Shown: positions 11,561 to 25,790 of the stretch, one piece after another
Layout: each line of letters opens with the position of its first letter
Position numbering within the stretch: position 1 is the stretch's first letter
From: Camelus dromedarius
Lineage: Eukaryota
Length of the DNA: 64,000 nucleotides
Direction: 5' to 3'
Assembly (NCBI RefSeq): GCF_036321535.1
Contig: NC_087437.1
Span: forward strand, 61,506,001 to 61,570,000
Notes under the pieces: generated by a model
What the model saw: the letters and a program-made list of their open reading frames with translations, nothing else
The model's database searches: none
Told to the model about the DNA's origin: nothing
Program-made: the position numbers and the translations under genes

Positions 11561-14500
11561 GCTTTTATTTATATGACAAATCAAAAGGCATAGCAAAAAT
11601 TATTAATACTTGCTTTTATAACTGCATAAAAATTCTCTGGAAGGAAACTGGAAAACAGTGCTTACCTATGCAACTTGAAGGAAACAAGATGGTTCACTGC
11701 ATATATATGGTTTTATACTTTTCGTTTTTTTAAACATGTAAATCTCTATTTTAAAAATTAAATATTTTAAAGCAAGTTACAGAGTGATAATATACAGTAC
11801 AATCGTAATATTTTTTAAATTTATTTTTTTAATTGAAGTACAGTCAATTACAACAATCTTAATCTTAAAAAAAAAACATGTAAATGTGTAAAAAATTAAG
11901 AAAATCTACCAAAATGTTAGTGATTATTATTACTTGATGTTGAGACTATGGGTAATAACTTACTTTCTTCTAAATTCTTTTTGGTATTTTCTAAATTTTC
12001 AGCAAATAAAAATATGTATATTACTCACACATTCAGAAAAGAAAAATAGTCTTTTTTGCTTTTATTGTTACTTTTTAAACTGGGCCATCTGTACTGCCAC
12101 GTACAGGTGTCGTCTAAGTGGTGAAGGAAGGAGAGGATCTTTGCACTTCTCCTATTCAGCTGAGAAATCTCAGGGATTGAGTGTCTCCACATTTCTAAGC
12201 AACAGAAAAGGGGTTATCAAATATGCCCTGCCTTATGGAAAGACTAAAAGGTAGCCCCGACTAAAGCCAGACTGCCAAGGAAAATGAGGTCTCTCTAAGA
12301 ATATGACCATGATGCTATAGCTTTCCTAAGGCCCTGAGTGATTTACAAAAATACACTGCACATTCCATGACACATCCCTAATGAAAGCACAGAAGAGATA
12401 TGACCAGCATGAATCATTGTATCCCTTCCCCCTCCAAGGGCACAACACCCAGAATAGCTTCCTGATGACACAGCAGCCAGAAGCCTTTGAAAGCCTTAAT
12501 CTTTAGGGAGGAAATGAAAGGGAAAACAATCCTTAACATAGGCTTTAATTTTTAGGTCTATACAAGGCAGAACACAGCAGCAGTGTGAAACTGGTATGCA
12601 ACTTTCGTTTTTGATTCTTCCCACTGGAGCCTCTTGTTGCTAAATGTGTGTGTGTGTGTGACAGATTTGCCTGGTTTGCTCTGCTTTCACTTACTAACAG
12701 TATTGCTGTTTCACAGGTGACCATACACTTTAATATTTTCATTCTGATGACTAGGAGCTTTCGAAGATATTATTACTAATAACAATAAGACTGTTTTGCA
12801 TTTACCAAGCATCTCTCATTTGGGAATTTCACTGACTTTACTATTTCATCATGACACATTTTCTCTTTTCGGCACAGATGGTAAAACTGCCTTGTAACAT
12901 AGTGAAGTGATTACTCCAGATGACAATGCACAATTAGTAACAGAACCAAGAAAAGAACTTTTTTGTTATCAAGATGCAAGCACTTTAACCACTAAATGTC
13001 AGTGCCTCTAATCTGGCAGCTATCTAGGTCATCAGTCTGGGAAACCTGTATGGCTTTTTTGTAAAACATGTTGATGTGACTCCCATTTCTGGCTTGGGAG
13101 ACTAAGTAGCTAGCAATGCCACAGATTAGTATTGAAAACATCAGGAGGAAGGGCAACCTTGAGAGAAAGTAAGTTTGTTTTGGGTCATGTTGTGCTTGGC
13201 CTGTAGGACAGACACCCAGATAATAATGTATAGCAGAGAGCTAGTCATGTGGATCAGCAGAGATGTCTGAGCTGGGGGTTGTTAGTCTACAAGTGACAGT
13301 TAAAACAATGCAAATGAATGAGATTGTTTCAGGAAAATGTACAAAGAGATAAGGACACAGGACTGAAACCCATTAAGAACTAAAATCTAAGAGGAAGAGA
13401 TTACAGGGAAGAAACTAAGAAGGTGGTCACAGAGGTGGAAGAAGATCTCTATGACATCGGAAGATAATAATGCCACACAAGTCAAAGTCTGATGATAGTC
13501 AACAGTGGAGAACATAAGACAGTGTTCAAAGGAGTAAAGTTCACTGGATTTGGTAACATGGACTTACTTAGACTTCAGTAGCAAGAACATCAGGGGTAAG
13601 GGCAGGAATCAGGTTTCAATGGGTTAACTTATTTATTTTGTAAATTTCAATGGTCGTAATTTTTTTCATAGGACTACATGTAACTTGAACTTAAAAAAAT
13701 GAAAGGAACATTTATTATTAATTACTTCTTATGTACCATGAACTGTGCTAGGCAAATTTTTATGCTGTTTCATTTAATCTATCAAACATTATGATATAAA
13801 TAATATTATCATCATTTTTACGGATAAGAAAAGGCTCAAAAAAGTTAATATCACCTAATAATTAAGACCAAAAGACAACTTTTTATGTTTTCTAAGACAT
13901 CTTCAGGTATTGCCTCATTGAATTCTCACAACAACCCTATGAGGTAGAGTCATCTCTTCATTTTACAAATGAGGAAACAGAAGCATAGAGTTATGTAACT
14001 CACCCAATACCATATAGTGGCGAAGCTGAGATTAAAACAAGAGCAGTCGGACTCAAAACTCCATAATTATAACTACGATGTCATTTCCCCCCACCAAAGA
14101 CCTGAGCAATTTCAATCTGCATTCTGTCTGATTCCAAAGACTTCTGTTACCCCCACAATGTTGCCTCCAACTTCCTGGAATGATGTTTTAATTATGATGA
14201 CCATTGAGAAGTCAGCTTTTTAAAGGCTAAAAATTTTCCCCATATCTTCAAAACTCTTTAAGAAAGAGGGTCTCTCATTTTCAGAACTTACTCTGAATAA
14301 AGAAAATCTAACCTAAGCCAACTTTTCCACTGAATGCTGAAAATACCAACAAGAAACCTGGGTTAAAGAGTTTGTTCAGAGGTAATATACACTTATTTTT
14401 AGAAGGGAGGATAGCACATTAAATTCTATCAACTATGAATATCTTAATATCAATCATTTGATTAGATATTTTCCAGTGTGGCGCTAATTAAAAATAAATT

Positions 14501-15156
14501 CTGATAAAAAAACAAAGACAAGCCTGGCTCAGAAGAAAGAGTTTCAGAGAAGAATACTAGGCCCTGACATGGGAAGAGCATGAGTATTTGGAACACAAAT
14601 TATGCATGTATTTGTGAGGTTTGTTTTTAACTAGGAGGATCAGACCCAATGACCCACTTGACAATTTTATCCAGAACCAAACCTTATTTAAAACTGCAAA
14701 TAGAGTAATTGCCAAAGGTAAAGCAGAAGCCATTGAGTATTATTAGATTCCCCTCATTTTTAATACTCAAAGCTTATTAGAGTGTTTGAGGGTGTTAAGG
14801 AAAAGAAACTCAACATCAATAAAGTTTATACAGAAAATAATGTAAGCTATAACTAAAACTACCATTCATAAGCATCAACCAGTTATCTGTAAAATGATGC
14901 TCATAGGATATCCTAAAAATGATAATACCTGTAAATATTTCTCAGATACATCCTAGGACACTCTTAAGAGGAGTATCTCAATGATTCATCATCATCCTTC
15001 TCCTCCTCATCACCATCGTATCACAGTCCTGCTTTCAAGGGCTCACAGACTAGTTGCCTTCATCTTCCCCCTGCCAACAACTTAATGCAACTGTTTCTTT
15101 CTAGTAAGTGATTCAGCCAACCTGGCAAGAAAGAAGAAAAGAAAGTGTCCACATAC

Positions 15157-15310
15157 CTGGTCATGGATAAGCCCATGATAGAGGATGCTCTGCATGTCCC
15201 TGCAAAGCCGCTCCAGGCCACCATACTTGGACCAGACATTGGGACTGTTGGCTGATACTAAACCCTCCACAGTAGTCTTCAAATTACCCAGCAACTGCCA
15301 GTGCTCCCTC
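15157..15310 (-). CDS. RUBCN: Rubicon coding exon 2 ([16 protein letters not shown]...YHGLIHDQ)
   Basis: Acceptor TTTGCAG, donor CAG|GTATGT, 154 nt, in frame with exon 1; region leading into the RUN domain. Confidence 0.96.
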
Positions 15311-16589
15311 CTGCAAAGACATCAGTTATACCAATGGTTAGTTAATTTTTTGTACCTGATCCTGACCATGTCAAGGAAAGTCTAAGACAAGAAACCTCCT
15401 GCCCTACATCCTAGCATTCTCTCCTCCATTAATTTTTTACTTGGGTGTAAGACCCAATTCTGAGAGGACTGAAGTTGTAAAGAACACTAAGATTTTTTTT
15501 TTAAATCCTCATATTTACATGACATATTGTGCTTTGTAAGGTGATCTTCATCTACTACCATTCCATCCTCACATAAGTAGCCTATAACCCTGTGTTTCTA
15601 GGAGTGTGACCCATTAAGATCCACTTCTGGACAATGACATTACATGGGCAATACATAAAGGGAATGAGGGCATGTGCTCAAAAGCAGAAATCTTTTGCCA
15701 AACAAAAAAGCCAAAAAACAACTTTTTATTAACTATATTTCCAGTACTAAGTACATATATCTGTACATAAATATTATGGGTAAGAATACTATTGCCCATG
15801 ATTTTCCCCCATGATTTTTTAAATTAAAATTGAGACCAAAATGTCTTAAGTTTGCACTGAGTCACTTGGGACATGTCCCCAAATCAATCAAATACTGATT
15901 TTTTCTCCTGGACCATCCGTAACACTTTAGTGGAAAAGTTTGAAAATGGCTGCCCTAGATGATCTTTAAGATTCTTCTTAAATCCCAGCATTTTCTCAAC
16001 AGAGCTTCTGACCCAATAAAAACTCAAAACCAGCTGCAAATGAGTGAAAAGAATTGAATGCACCAACTCAACCTGGGGAAGGAAAACATGAGGAGATGAG
16101 GTGTCAAACTCATCTCCAATTGTTTTGTTGCACACTTGACCTAGCCCTTTCATTTCTCATTAGCATACTACTTTTTTCCTCTTCAAGGACAGTCATAGAA
16201 TGGTTATAATTTCTTCGAGGAACTTTCCCCGTAATTATTTTAATATCATTTAAATGCACATATAGGTAGGAGGGTCTTGAATTGGAAATCTTTCTAATTC
16301 TATCAGCACTCAAAACGAACCTCTTGCACATTTTGTGCACTTTCTGAGCCATTCTGAAAAAGTGGATGAGTAGAGTAAAGAAAGGCAGACAAATAAAATA
16401 AAACAAATGAAGCTAGGTCTGGTACAGGAGTATCATCTAAAAAGGGAAAGCCAGATGTATCTCACTCTGGTCTTCTTCTCTGAAGGCCTTGAGACCAGGA
16501 AATTATTCAAACTGGGAGACACTAGGCTTTTTTAACCTTACGTCATTAAACATTTGAGTCACCAGACACCCCTGTTCTTTCTTTTATCC

Positions 16590-17530
16590 CCCCAGTTTTA
16601 TTGAGATATAATTGACACATAACACTATATTAGTTTAAGGTGTACAACATAATGATCTATGTATATATTGTGAAATGATTACCACAGTAAGTTTAATTCA
16701 TATCTGTCACCTCATAACAGTGATGAGAACTTTTAAGATCTACTCTCTTGCAACTTTCAAATATAGAATACAGCACAGTTAACTATAGACATCATGCTGT
16801 ACACTGCATCCCCAAAACTTATTTATCTTATAACTGGAAGTCTATACCTTTGCACCCGCTTCACCATTTCCCCCACCTCCCAACCCCTCCCTCTGGCAAA
16901 CCCCAATCTGTTCTCTGTTTCTATGAGTTTAGGTTTTTTGGATTCCACATGTAAATAAGATAATACAGTATTTGTCTTTCTCTGACTTATTTCATTTAGC
17001 ATAATGCCCTCAAGGTCTATCCATGTTGCAAATAGCAAGATTTCCTTCTTTATGGATGAATAATATTCCTCTGTGTGTATATATGTGTGGTGTGACATTT
17101 TCTTTAACCATTCAGCTGTCAGTGGACACTTAGGTTGTTTCCATGTCTTGGCTATTTTAAATAATACTGCAGTGAACATGGGGGTGCAGATATCTTTCTG
17201 AGATAATGATTCTGTTTCCTTTGGATATATACCCAAAAGGAGACTTGTGGACCATATGGTAATTCTATTTTTAATATCTTGAGGAATCTCCATACTGTTT
17301 TCCACAGTGGCTGCCCCAATTTACAATCCCAGCAACAGTGCACAAGGGTCCCTTTCTCTCTATATCCTTGCCAACACTCGTTATCTCTTGCTTTTTTGAT
17401 GCCAGCCCTTCTGATAGATGTCAAACTCATCTCCAATTGTGTGACATCTCATTGTGATTCTGATTTGCATTTCCCTGATGACTGGTCATGTGGAGCACCT
17501 TTTCCTTTATCTGTTGGCCATTTGCCTGTT
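16590..17530 (-). mobile_element. 5'-truncated L1 (ORF2 C-terminus + 3'UTR)
   Basis: ORFs 16823..17305 and 17152..17436 give CWQGYREKGTLVHCCWDC and [22 protein letters not shown], separated by a frameshift. Confidence 0.9.
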
Positions 17531-20473
17531 CTATTTCTAAACCAGTCCTGAGAGACATTTCAAGATAACTAAGATGCACACAGCACTGAGGTGTGCCATT
17601 TATTGTTGTACTGTGAGAGATTGTCATCATAGAGGCCAACTGACTGCCAACTTTTGCTTCAGTGGATTCTCCATCTCCTACACTTCCTCAGGGCTAATGT
17701 GCCCTGACTGACACAGTTTTATATTCCAACAGGTTACAATCAACTCTTGCAGGCCTGAGAGCCAGACTGGTTCCTCAAGTGACTCTGCACATCTGTGTTC
17801 TGATTCATTCTGTATTGATCTTACAAGTGTAACTGTCATGATAAATCCTGAAAGTAGACACCAAGTACCCTATCATCCTAAGGCTTTGTTTCCAAAACTA
17901 TACAAAGAACACTGAAATCCTAGAAACCGTGAGCATTCAGATCTGCTATTAACTTCTAGATAAAACTAAAGAACTTTCCTTCCCCCAAATAAAGTGTCTC
18001 TGAGATACTAAAACTACAAAAGAATGTGGCTCTTACTCTAAGATGTGCCAAATCATCTACATTTGGTGTATGTTCATGTAGAAGAAATGTAAATTTTTAA
18101 AAAATTTTGATTTACATAGCTAGTCTGTTTAGTGTCTACCTTTCTAGGATCCTTTATCCTAATGGTATTGTTATCATTTCCAGAGAGTTGAAATATTAAG
18201 TTCAACAGAAGCCCACACAGTGGTTGGATTAATTCATTCATATGTGAATTGTAAATGGAAATAAACAGATCACCATGAGAAATAAAATAGCCCTCCCTCT
18301 TTAACCAGATTTTTAGTACGTAAGATCAGTCTTTCCTAGGCTAAACCTGTTGGGAAGTAATTATTTGGATGGTATCATCCTGCATTCACATGTAACCTTC
18401 ATCCGGGCACAGGCAAGGACTTTGAAGTGTATTAGGCTCAAAGCAGCCCTTTGTAGAGCCACTTCTGTGAGTACACAGAGTGCTCTTCTTTAACCACCAT
18501 AAATTAAAGGCAAGTCTTTCTAAGCATCTCACCCTATGTCAAGGAAGATGAGCCTGAGTGGCAAGAGGTAGCATAATCCATCTCTACTCGAATTATTTTT
18601 CTCAACAAACAGCAAAGCCAATCTCAGAATAAAGTCCTACCTATTTTCTTTTGGGAGGATTTTGACTACCTTCCTCCTTTGAAGAGGAACAGGAATTGCT
18701 TAAGCAACTCAAATAAGGATACCCAAGTAAAAACAGTTTTCCTAAATGCCAACTCAGTCTTAAGCTTGCCAAATTATAACTAGAAGTGACACTCAGGTTA
18801 AAAGAGTAAGCAAATGTTATTTTTTAAAATGTTATACCATATAATTAACATATAACTAATCACCAACAATTAGTGAAATAAATAGTAAGTAATAATAAGT
18901 ACTATGCAATTGTAAAATGAAATTCAATGCAAGAAATATATACTGGTGTATCTTCCAACCCCAAGGCTCTTCTCAGTGGTAAAAAGAAACAGCTTCAACT
19001 TACTAGCATATCCCCACTACGGTATGCCAGGTATCTGGACTGGAATGTGGTATCTACCTGAGATCAGAGTTGAAGGTCAGGTTGTCGCAAGTCAGGTAAT
19101 GACTTGATCCCTGAAATGTGAGGAGAGTGTGTGATATCCAGATGATGGAATATCGTGAAACCATTAAAACTTTTAATTAGGAAGAGTTTCCAAAGCTAAT
19201 GAAAGTATGTTAAAGTATAAAAAGCAAAATGTAAAATTTTATTTATGATCGCAACATAAAAATACTGAGAAATAGTGGTATGTTAATAGTGGTTACCTTT
19301 GGTTCTATAAGGGGAATGCAGAGACGAGAGAAGCTGTTTAGGCCTTCTTTGAGACCAGCAATTAACAAAAGGTCAATAATATGAACAAAGTTAGCAAACA
19401 AGCTGGAAAGTACCATAAAAGATTTTTTTAAAAAATACTCAAGTATCAAGGGCATCTTATGCTGAAAGACTGTGGTTAGGCAAGCACCTAGGACTTTTAA
19501 TACCAGAATTCACTTCCTAGAAAGAAGTAATGGGTTCATTCTTACAGCAGAGAAAAACATAATTAAGTGAAATAATTACTGTTAACACTGAAGTAGCAAG
19601 AGACTACCACGTTTAATTTTTAGACTTTGTGTTTAATTTTCTTATCTGGTTCCATATTTTCTGTTTTTAATTACATAGTATTTAACTTGTTGTGTGTAGT
19701 TAAATATTTATCATGCTTTTTAAATAAATAATATACTTGTAGAAAAAACATACTGTATTATACACTCTCAGCCCTGGGACTCTTAGGAGAACCTAACCAT
19801 TGGCAAACCCATCCCTCTTGTGGCTGACAGCAGAATCTCAGCGTCCAGGAGGGAATCTACATGTCTAGGAGGCATGCTTTGTAACTTCACATCTAGTCAA
19901 CAAATGCTTCACCATACTAAATTGTCAATGATGTCAAATTGACTGAATTTCAACAATGAGTAGATTTAACAAGAGGAAGGAAAATCTCTTATGTCAGAAA
20001 CCTAACCAACGATGATATGCAAACTCCTTAGTACAAACTTCAAAAATTCTCCATCCTGCTCAGTACTCCTCAATTTTAATACAGTCTCTCTCTCTCTCTC
20101 TATCACACTCTATTAAAAGCATGCTAACCTACTGCCTACTTCCATGACCATTCATGCAGACCTTTCCACCTGGAATGATTCTCTTCCTGTTCTATTCAGG
20201 GATTAAGGTTTAGCTTTAGCTCAGTCTTCTCCCAAGAACTTCTAAATAATCTGACCTGTTACAACTACTTTGTTAGAAACCCCACAACAAATGCTGTCAA
20301 TATACCATTCCTCCTAATAATAATCCTTTAAAAAAGATTTATATTTAACAGTATATGGTTTCCTTAAGGACAGAGACCATGTTTTTTCTATTTCTTTTGT
20401 ATTTTATATGTTAATAAGCAGAGAGAAGATGTAATTCAGTGGAAAGAGAACAAGCTTCACAGAGCTGAATTTG

Positions 20474-20612
20474 TTTTATTTTGGGGGGAGGGAAAGTAAT
20501 TAGGTTTAATATTTTTATTTATTTATTTATTTATAACAGAGGTACTGGGATGAACTCAGGACCGTGTGCATGTTAAGTGTAATGCTCTACCACTGAGCTA
20601 TCCCCTCCCTCT
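20474..20612 (-). mobile_element. tRNA-derived SINE (vic-1-like) inserted in a MIR
   Basis: Perfect 15-bp TSD ACAGAGCTGAATTTG at 20459-20473 and 20613-20627. Confidence 0.87.
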
Positions 20613-22404
20613 ACAGAGCTGAATTTGAATCCTAGCTCTCCACAAACTAGCTGAGCATCCCTGGGCAAGCCATTAAACTCTTTAAGCGTCAGTTCCCTCA
20701 TCTGTAAAAGGGAGAGAACAACTGCTTCGTAGAGGAGTATAATTGATAATCTACAGAAAGCACCATCATCGAGCAGTATTACAGTAATAGTAGTATTACT
20801 TCCCTTTTCTCTGTCCTTTTCCTTTGAACTTACATTGCATAAATCTAATAAATCCAACTAAATCAGAAGTGGTACCTAACATAAAGCCATAAAGCCATCT
20901 TACTCATTCAAAGAATATCTTAACTGCCTTTAAACTAGGGTCAAATCTCTTCTCAGCACATATTTCAAGGTTCTTTTTAGGTTCATGGTGCTCTCACTGA
21001 AGCAGGACAGCTGGAAAGACATCCTCAATATTGGATGTACCTTGTATATAACAGAGACTCAAATCTGCTTACTTGACAGAATAAAAGAAACTTACAAGGT
21101 TTTACCACAAAACAATTAAGATTGATTTCATAAGTCATATAAGAAAGCCAATCTCATTACCTTACAGTCACATCTTACATAGTGTGGGTAGAAAGAATGC
21201 TTTACAACCAAAGTAAAAGAAGCATAAAACACCATTTCAGTAGCAAAGGCAAAAAAGGAAAGACATTGCCTCAGTCGCCTCAGTTTTAGGGATCCTATTT
21301 TAAAGTAAAAGTAACCATCATTAGAACTAAAACTGAACTATCTTAAAAATTGCTGAGGAAAGGAAACAGCAAAAGAACATAAAACTCAGTTTTAAAAGAT
21401 GACAGAATTAAGACCAAGCATACATGAGATAAAAATAAATGTCTATGGAATAACTTCAACTATTGAAACAAAACAGCCAGTCAAACAAAAAAGTAGGAGG
21501 AAACTATGATATTAGTACCCAGGTTGTATTCAAGGCAAGAATCATTTAAAAAGACAAAGATGGGAATAATGAAAATGCAGCTCTCATTAGTTTGTATGTA
21601 TCTAATAATATGGCCTCAAATATTTAAAACAAAACACACACAGGAAACAAAAACTGCAGAGAAAAAAAAAAAGAAGAAAAATGGAAATGGAGAGGAAAAA
21701 ACAATGGTAATGGAAGGTCATGAAAACCAAAAGTAAAAATGTGATTAGAAGAGCTGAATAATATCTACTTAAGAAGGTTGTTCTAGCTCATCCAGAAAAC
21801 TACATCCTGAAGAACACTTTAAGTACTCGTAGAACAGTCACAAAAATTAGCCTTGTACTAAGGGACACAAATACAAAAAGTCGATAAATCCTTAAAAGCA
21901 GAAGTAGTACAGACATATTCTCTGGCCAGAAAGCAATAAAACAGAAAAACAAAAAACAAAAAAACCCTTGGAAATTTTTAAACTCTCAAAGAACTCCTAA
22001 GGAAGCAAAAACAAAATCATGGTTTTGAAGAGGGGTGAAGAGGAATGGCATTATGACTCTTACTTTCTTCTCAAAAGTATCGAAACAAGAGAGTTCATAG
22101 GCAGACAGAATTCTTTATAAATTATGGAATTCTGCTATTTTCTATTCAAAAATCAATTATCTACTCAGTCCTACAATCCAGCAGGATTCTTGTGAGTTTC
22201 ACTGGCAAAGGGTATGGCCCTATAAACCTTGAGAGACAGTTTGCCACATCCTTATTTAGTCACTGCAATTTATGACTTCCTTTAATAATTTTCTCTCTTC
22301 CCAAACAAGTGCAGGTTACACTTCAAGTGAGCCTGATCCAGAGGAACTAAAAACATGTAAGTATGCTACAGTTCTTTCCTGAAATATTCAGATTTAAGTC
22401 TATA

Positions 22405-22611
22405 ACACTGTTCAACTGAACTTCCTGTGATGCTGGAAATGTTCTATATCCATGTTGTCTAATATGGCAGCACTAGCCACTCTGGCCATTAAGCACTTGA
22501 AGTCTGTGCAGAGTGACTAAAGAACTGAAATTTTAAATTTTATTTACTTCTAATTAATTCAGACTAAAATTATCACATGTGGCTAGTGGCTATCATGTTG
22601 AACAGAGCTGT
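22405..22611 (+). mobile_element. MER3-like hAT-Charlie MITE
   Basis: GATGCTGGAAATGTTCTATAT...CACATGTGGCTAGTGGCTA matches the recalled MER3 consensus. Confidence 0.75.
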
Positions 22612-23109
22612 TCTATAACCACCCAGGTAGGCTGGTGAAACTTAAGGAGGAGAGATTACAAAACAAAACGAAAAACAGAAAAAAAATTCCATTTATGGAA
22701 AAAGTAATAAAGCAGCTATAAAAATCAGAGGCAGCTGTGGGGAGAATAGATACTGAGAAAAGTTTCAGCTTATGGTCCCTGCTGTCAGCTGATAACACCT
22801 CCTGCTCCTGGGCTCTGACAATAGCATTTTCCCTAAAAGCTTCAAAAGTGTGTTTCTGTGGGGTTTTTTGGATACTAAACTGGACTGGCAATATGGATTA
22901 CTCAAAAATCATGTGATCCTCCTGCCTTGCTACCAGTGCTATATGAACTGTCAAAGCATGGTCAAAGGAAAAAAGGAAAGAAAGGGAAGAGAATAGAAAA
23001 TGAAAATAAATGTGAAAATAAATAAAGAGAAAGGGAAAAAAAGAGGCCCTTTCAATGGCAGCAGTACCACTGACACCTGCCTAACCATAAAAAGCATGAC
23101 CAAACTTTT

Positions 23110-23690
23110 GCCGTTTCATTTCTTAAATAAATATCCATCGAACACTAATTATATGTCAGGCACTGTGCTAGGCACTGGGCTTATGGTGGTTAAAGTGGGA
23201 GAGTCCCCAGCTCTCACAGTATTCAGAATGCAATGGAGAAAATGGGCACTTACATTTTTTAAAAATGCTATGAAGTGAGAAGTGCTGTAATAAGAGAGAT
23301 GCAAAAGGACAAGTCAGGGATGCCTTCTGAAGGAGCATTATTTAAAGGAAAACTAAGAGCCCTCCAGGCAAAGGAGGAGGTAATGCTGGGAAGGTAGAGG
23401 AGCAAGAATGAGAATGGTGAGGAAGGAGACGTGAGAGTAAGCAAATGCCTTGGTTTTATAACTGCGAACATCACAGGGACTGAAGTACAGATTAACTACC
23501 AGGGAAGTTTTGACTTTCTATTTTCAATGAGAAATCACTGAACATTTCTGAGCAAAATGTTACAGTAACTTTGCTTCTGAAAAATTAATCTGGTAGCAAT
23601 GTGGAGGCTGTCTGGAACTGACGACTGAGTTCAGGCTGGGAGCTTAGTTAGGAGACCGAGAGAATCCACAATGAGAAATAATAAAGGTCT
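23110..23690 (-). mobile_element. L2-like fragment
   Basis: CAGGCACTGTGCTAGGCACTGGG 3'-end hallmark plus purine-rich body. Confidence 0.55.
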
Positions 23691-23699
23691 TCAGTGAAT

Positions 23700-24185
23700 A
23701 TTTTGTTTATATCTGCCCAGAATTCATGTCCCTTTCTTCTGGTAACAGAATACTGATTTTTTTTTACAGGGGAATCACCCCTCTGTCACTTAATCTGGTC
23801 CATGAAGTTCCAAGAAAGTATTACCCTACCCCAGGATTCAGGGTTGGACATATAATTTGGACCTGACTGAGCAACATCTTCCATACCCTGATTACAAGAA
23901 CAGGAACATAACTGAAGTCAGCCCAAAAAGAGTCAGCCCCAGAATTTTCACTTTTGCTGAACCTATTGGCATTGTTTTTTTTTTCTTTCTTTCTTTTTGG
24001 TTGGATTGCTAAACTTAAAGTTGCTCAGGGTTATCTTGTAGAAAAATCTGCCTGAGAATGAAGACAACACATGGAGAAGAAGAGCCCATACATAGAGACA
24101 AATCATTGTTTAAGCACCTACATTTGGCCATTCCTGAAGCAATACCGCTCCCTGGATTTTTTTTTGTAATATAAGCCAATATATT
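23700..24185. mobile_element. MLT1-like (MaLR) LTR remnant
   Basis: CCCTTTCTTCTGGTAACAG...CCTGAAGC...GCCAATA pattern typical of MLT1J/K. Confidence 0.5.
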
Positions 24186-25544
24186 TGGAAATGGAGAGGA
24201 AAAAAAGCTTCAAGAGAAAAATCAGAAACAGAATTCATTGGACCTGGTGATGGCTTAGATATGTAAAATGAAGGAAAGGGAAGTATCAGATTTCACTCTG
24301 AGGTTTCAGGCTTGATTGACTGAATGGAAAACATTATTAACTGAGATAGAGAAAAGAGGAAGAAAAGGTTTTGGTCAACATAATGAGTTCTGTTTGGAGA
24401 CACTAAAGAGTATCTTAATACTTGAATTCTGACTCTATCTGGACCACTGCACCAGGAAAACTGTGCAGGAAGCCGCATCCAAGCTCAGAAGTAGACTGCG
24501 TAGTCCAAGGCAGTTGAGGGTGACAGAGCAATGCTAGAAGAACCATTCCATTAATTGTTTAGTAATTTCACCAGACAACTTCCAAACAACTGGCATTTAG
24601 GAAACCCTTGGAAGACTGAAGTATCATCCCTAAGCACTACAGCATTTTGCTAGAGTGATGACTAATTAGATGGAAAACAATAGGGAAATCTATGACATTC
24701 CACTCCAAGGATGAAGTTAAAAGCTAGGCCAACACCCCAGCCCTCAGTGTGCTCAATGCTGATAGAGGAGCCATGGCAGAAGAAAGAGCAAGCGATGATA
24801 CCTGTGCAAACGGCAACTGGAAGAGCACACACCCACCTTACTTCAAGAAAACTGGTGAGGGAATAGAAATAGACATTTTTTGCACTCAGTACATACCAGG
24901 CATTCTGCGAGGGGCTTTATGCACATTTTCTTATTGAATCCTTCCAACTTATCACTCAGGAAGGTATTATTCTTCCTACTCAAACAGTATGAGCCAAGTT
25001 AAGCAGCAGAGCTAGAACTCAAATGCATATCTACCTGATTTAAAAGCTTATGCACATTTCACTACATCAACTGCTTTCAGAAAGTAATTGAAACGTTTTA
25101 ACCTTCATAAGTTAAAAAAAATGATGTCATCTTATCAAGAAAATGTTTTCTGATTTGGGGGTTTTATTGGCCATAGAAAAGTTAGGTTTGCAGTGACCCA
25201 ACCATAATGCCTCAATTCTCAGGCACAAGGCATGTATTTTATTTACCATTTGACTATCTGGAACTAAGGAGACCATCAGTGCCACGAAGCCTCATTAAAG
25301 AACACCTTCTAAGTTAATCAGCCAACAACAGAGAGTAGGCTATATCACAGTTGTATTACATAGCAGGATAATCCCACTGCTGAAATTAAGTTTTGACTAG
25401 AGTTCCTTGGTCAAGTGGCAAGCATGGAAAGAATAATAGACAGAAAAAGATACCTGCAATGGAGTTGTCCTACTGTCCTTAATGACAGGCAAAGAATGCT
25501 ATGACATTCACTACTTATACATTTCTTGTCCCAAGCATATTAGC

Positions 25545-25790
25545 ATAGTGAGAGGCAATATGGCATAGGTATTAGAAGTGGAACCGGGCTGCCTGGGTTT
25601 GAATCCCAGTTCCACCAAGGACTTACCATACAACCTTGGCAAGTTATTTATCCTGTCTATGTCTCAGCTTACTCATCTGTCAAATGATAATAATATAGTT
25701 ACCTATTGCATGCAGTTGTTATAAAGGTTAAATAATACTTGTAAGGTTCCTAAGTAATGCCTGGCATGTAGTAAATAAGTGTTTGTTATA
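25545..25790 (+). mobile_element. MIR SINE
   Basis: CTGCCTGGGTTTGAATCCCAG...CTCATCTGT core. Similar MIR relics at ~1635-1810, 2480-2705, 3580-3800 and 37020-37460. Confidence 0.75.

Noticed and set aside
22316..22357. Plus-strand exon-like segment (CAG...GTAAGT)
   Set aside because: No plus-strand promoter or partner exons nearby; likely chance.
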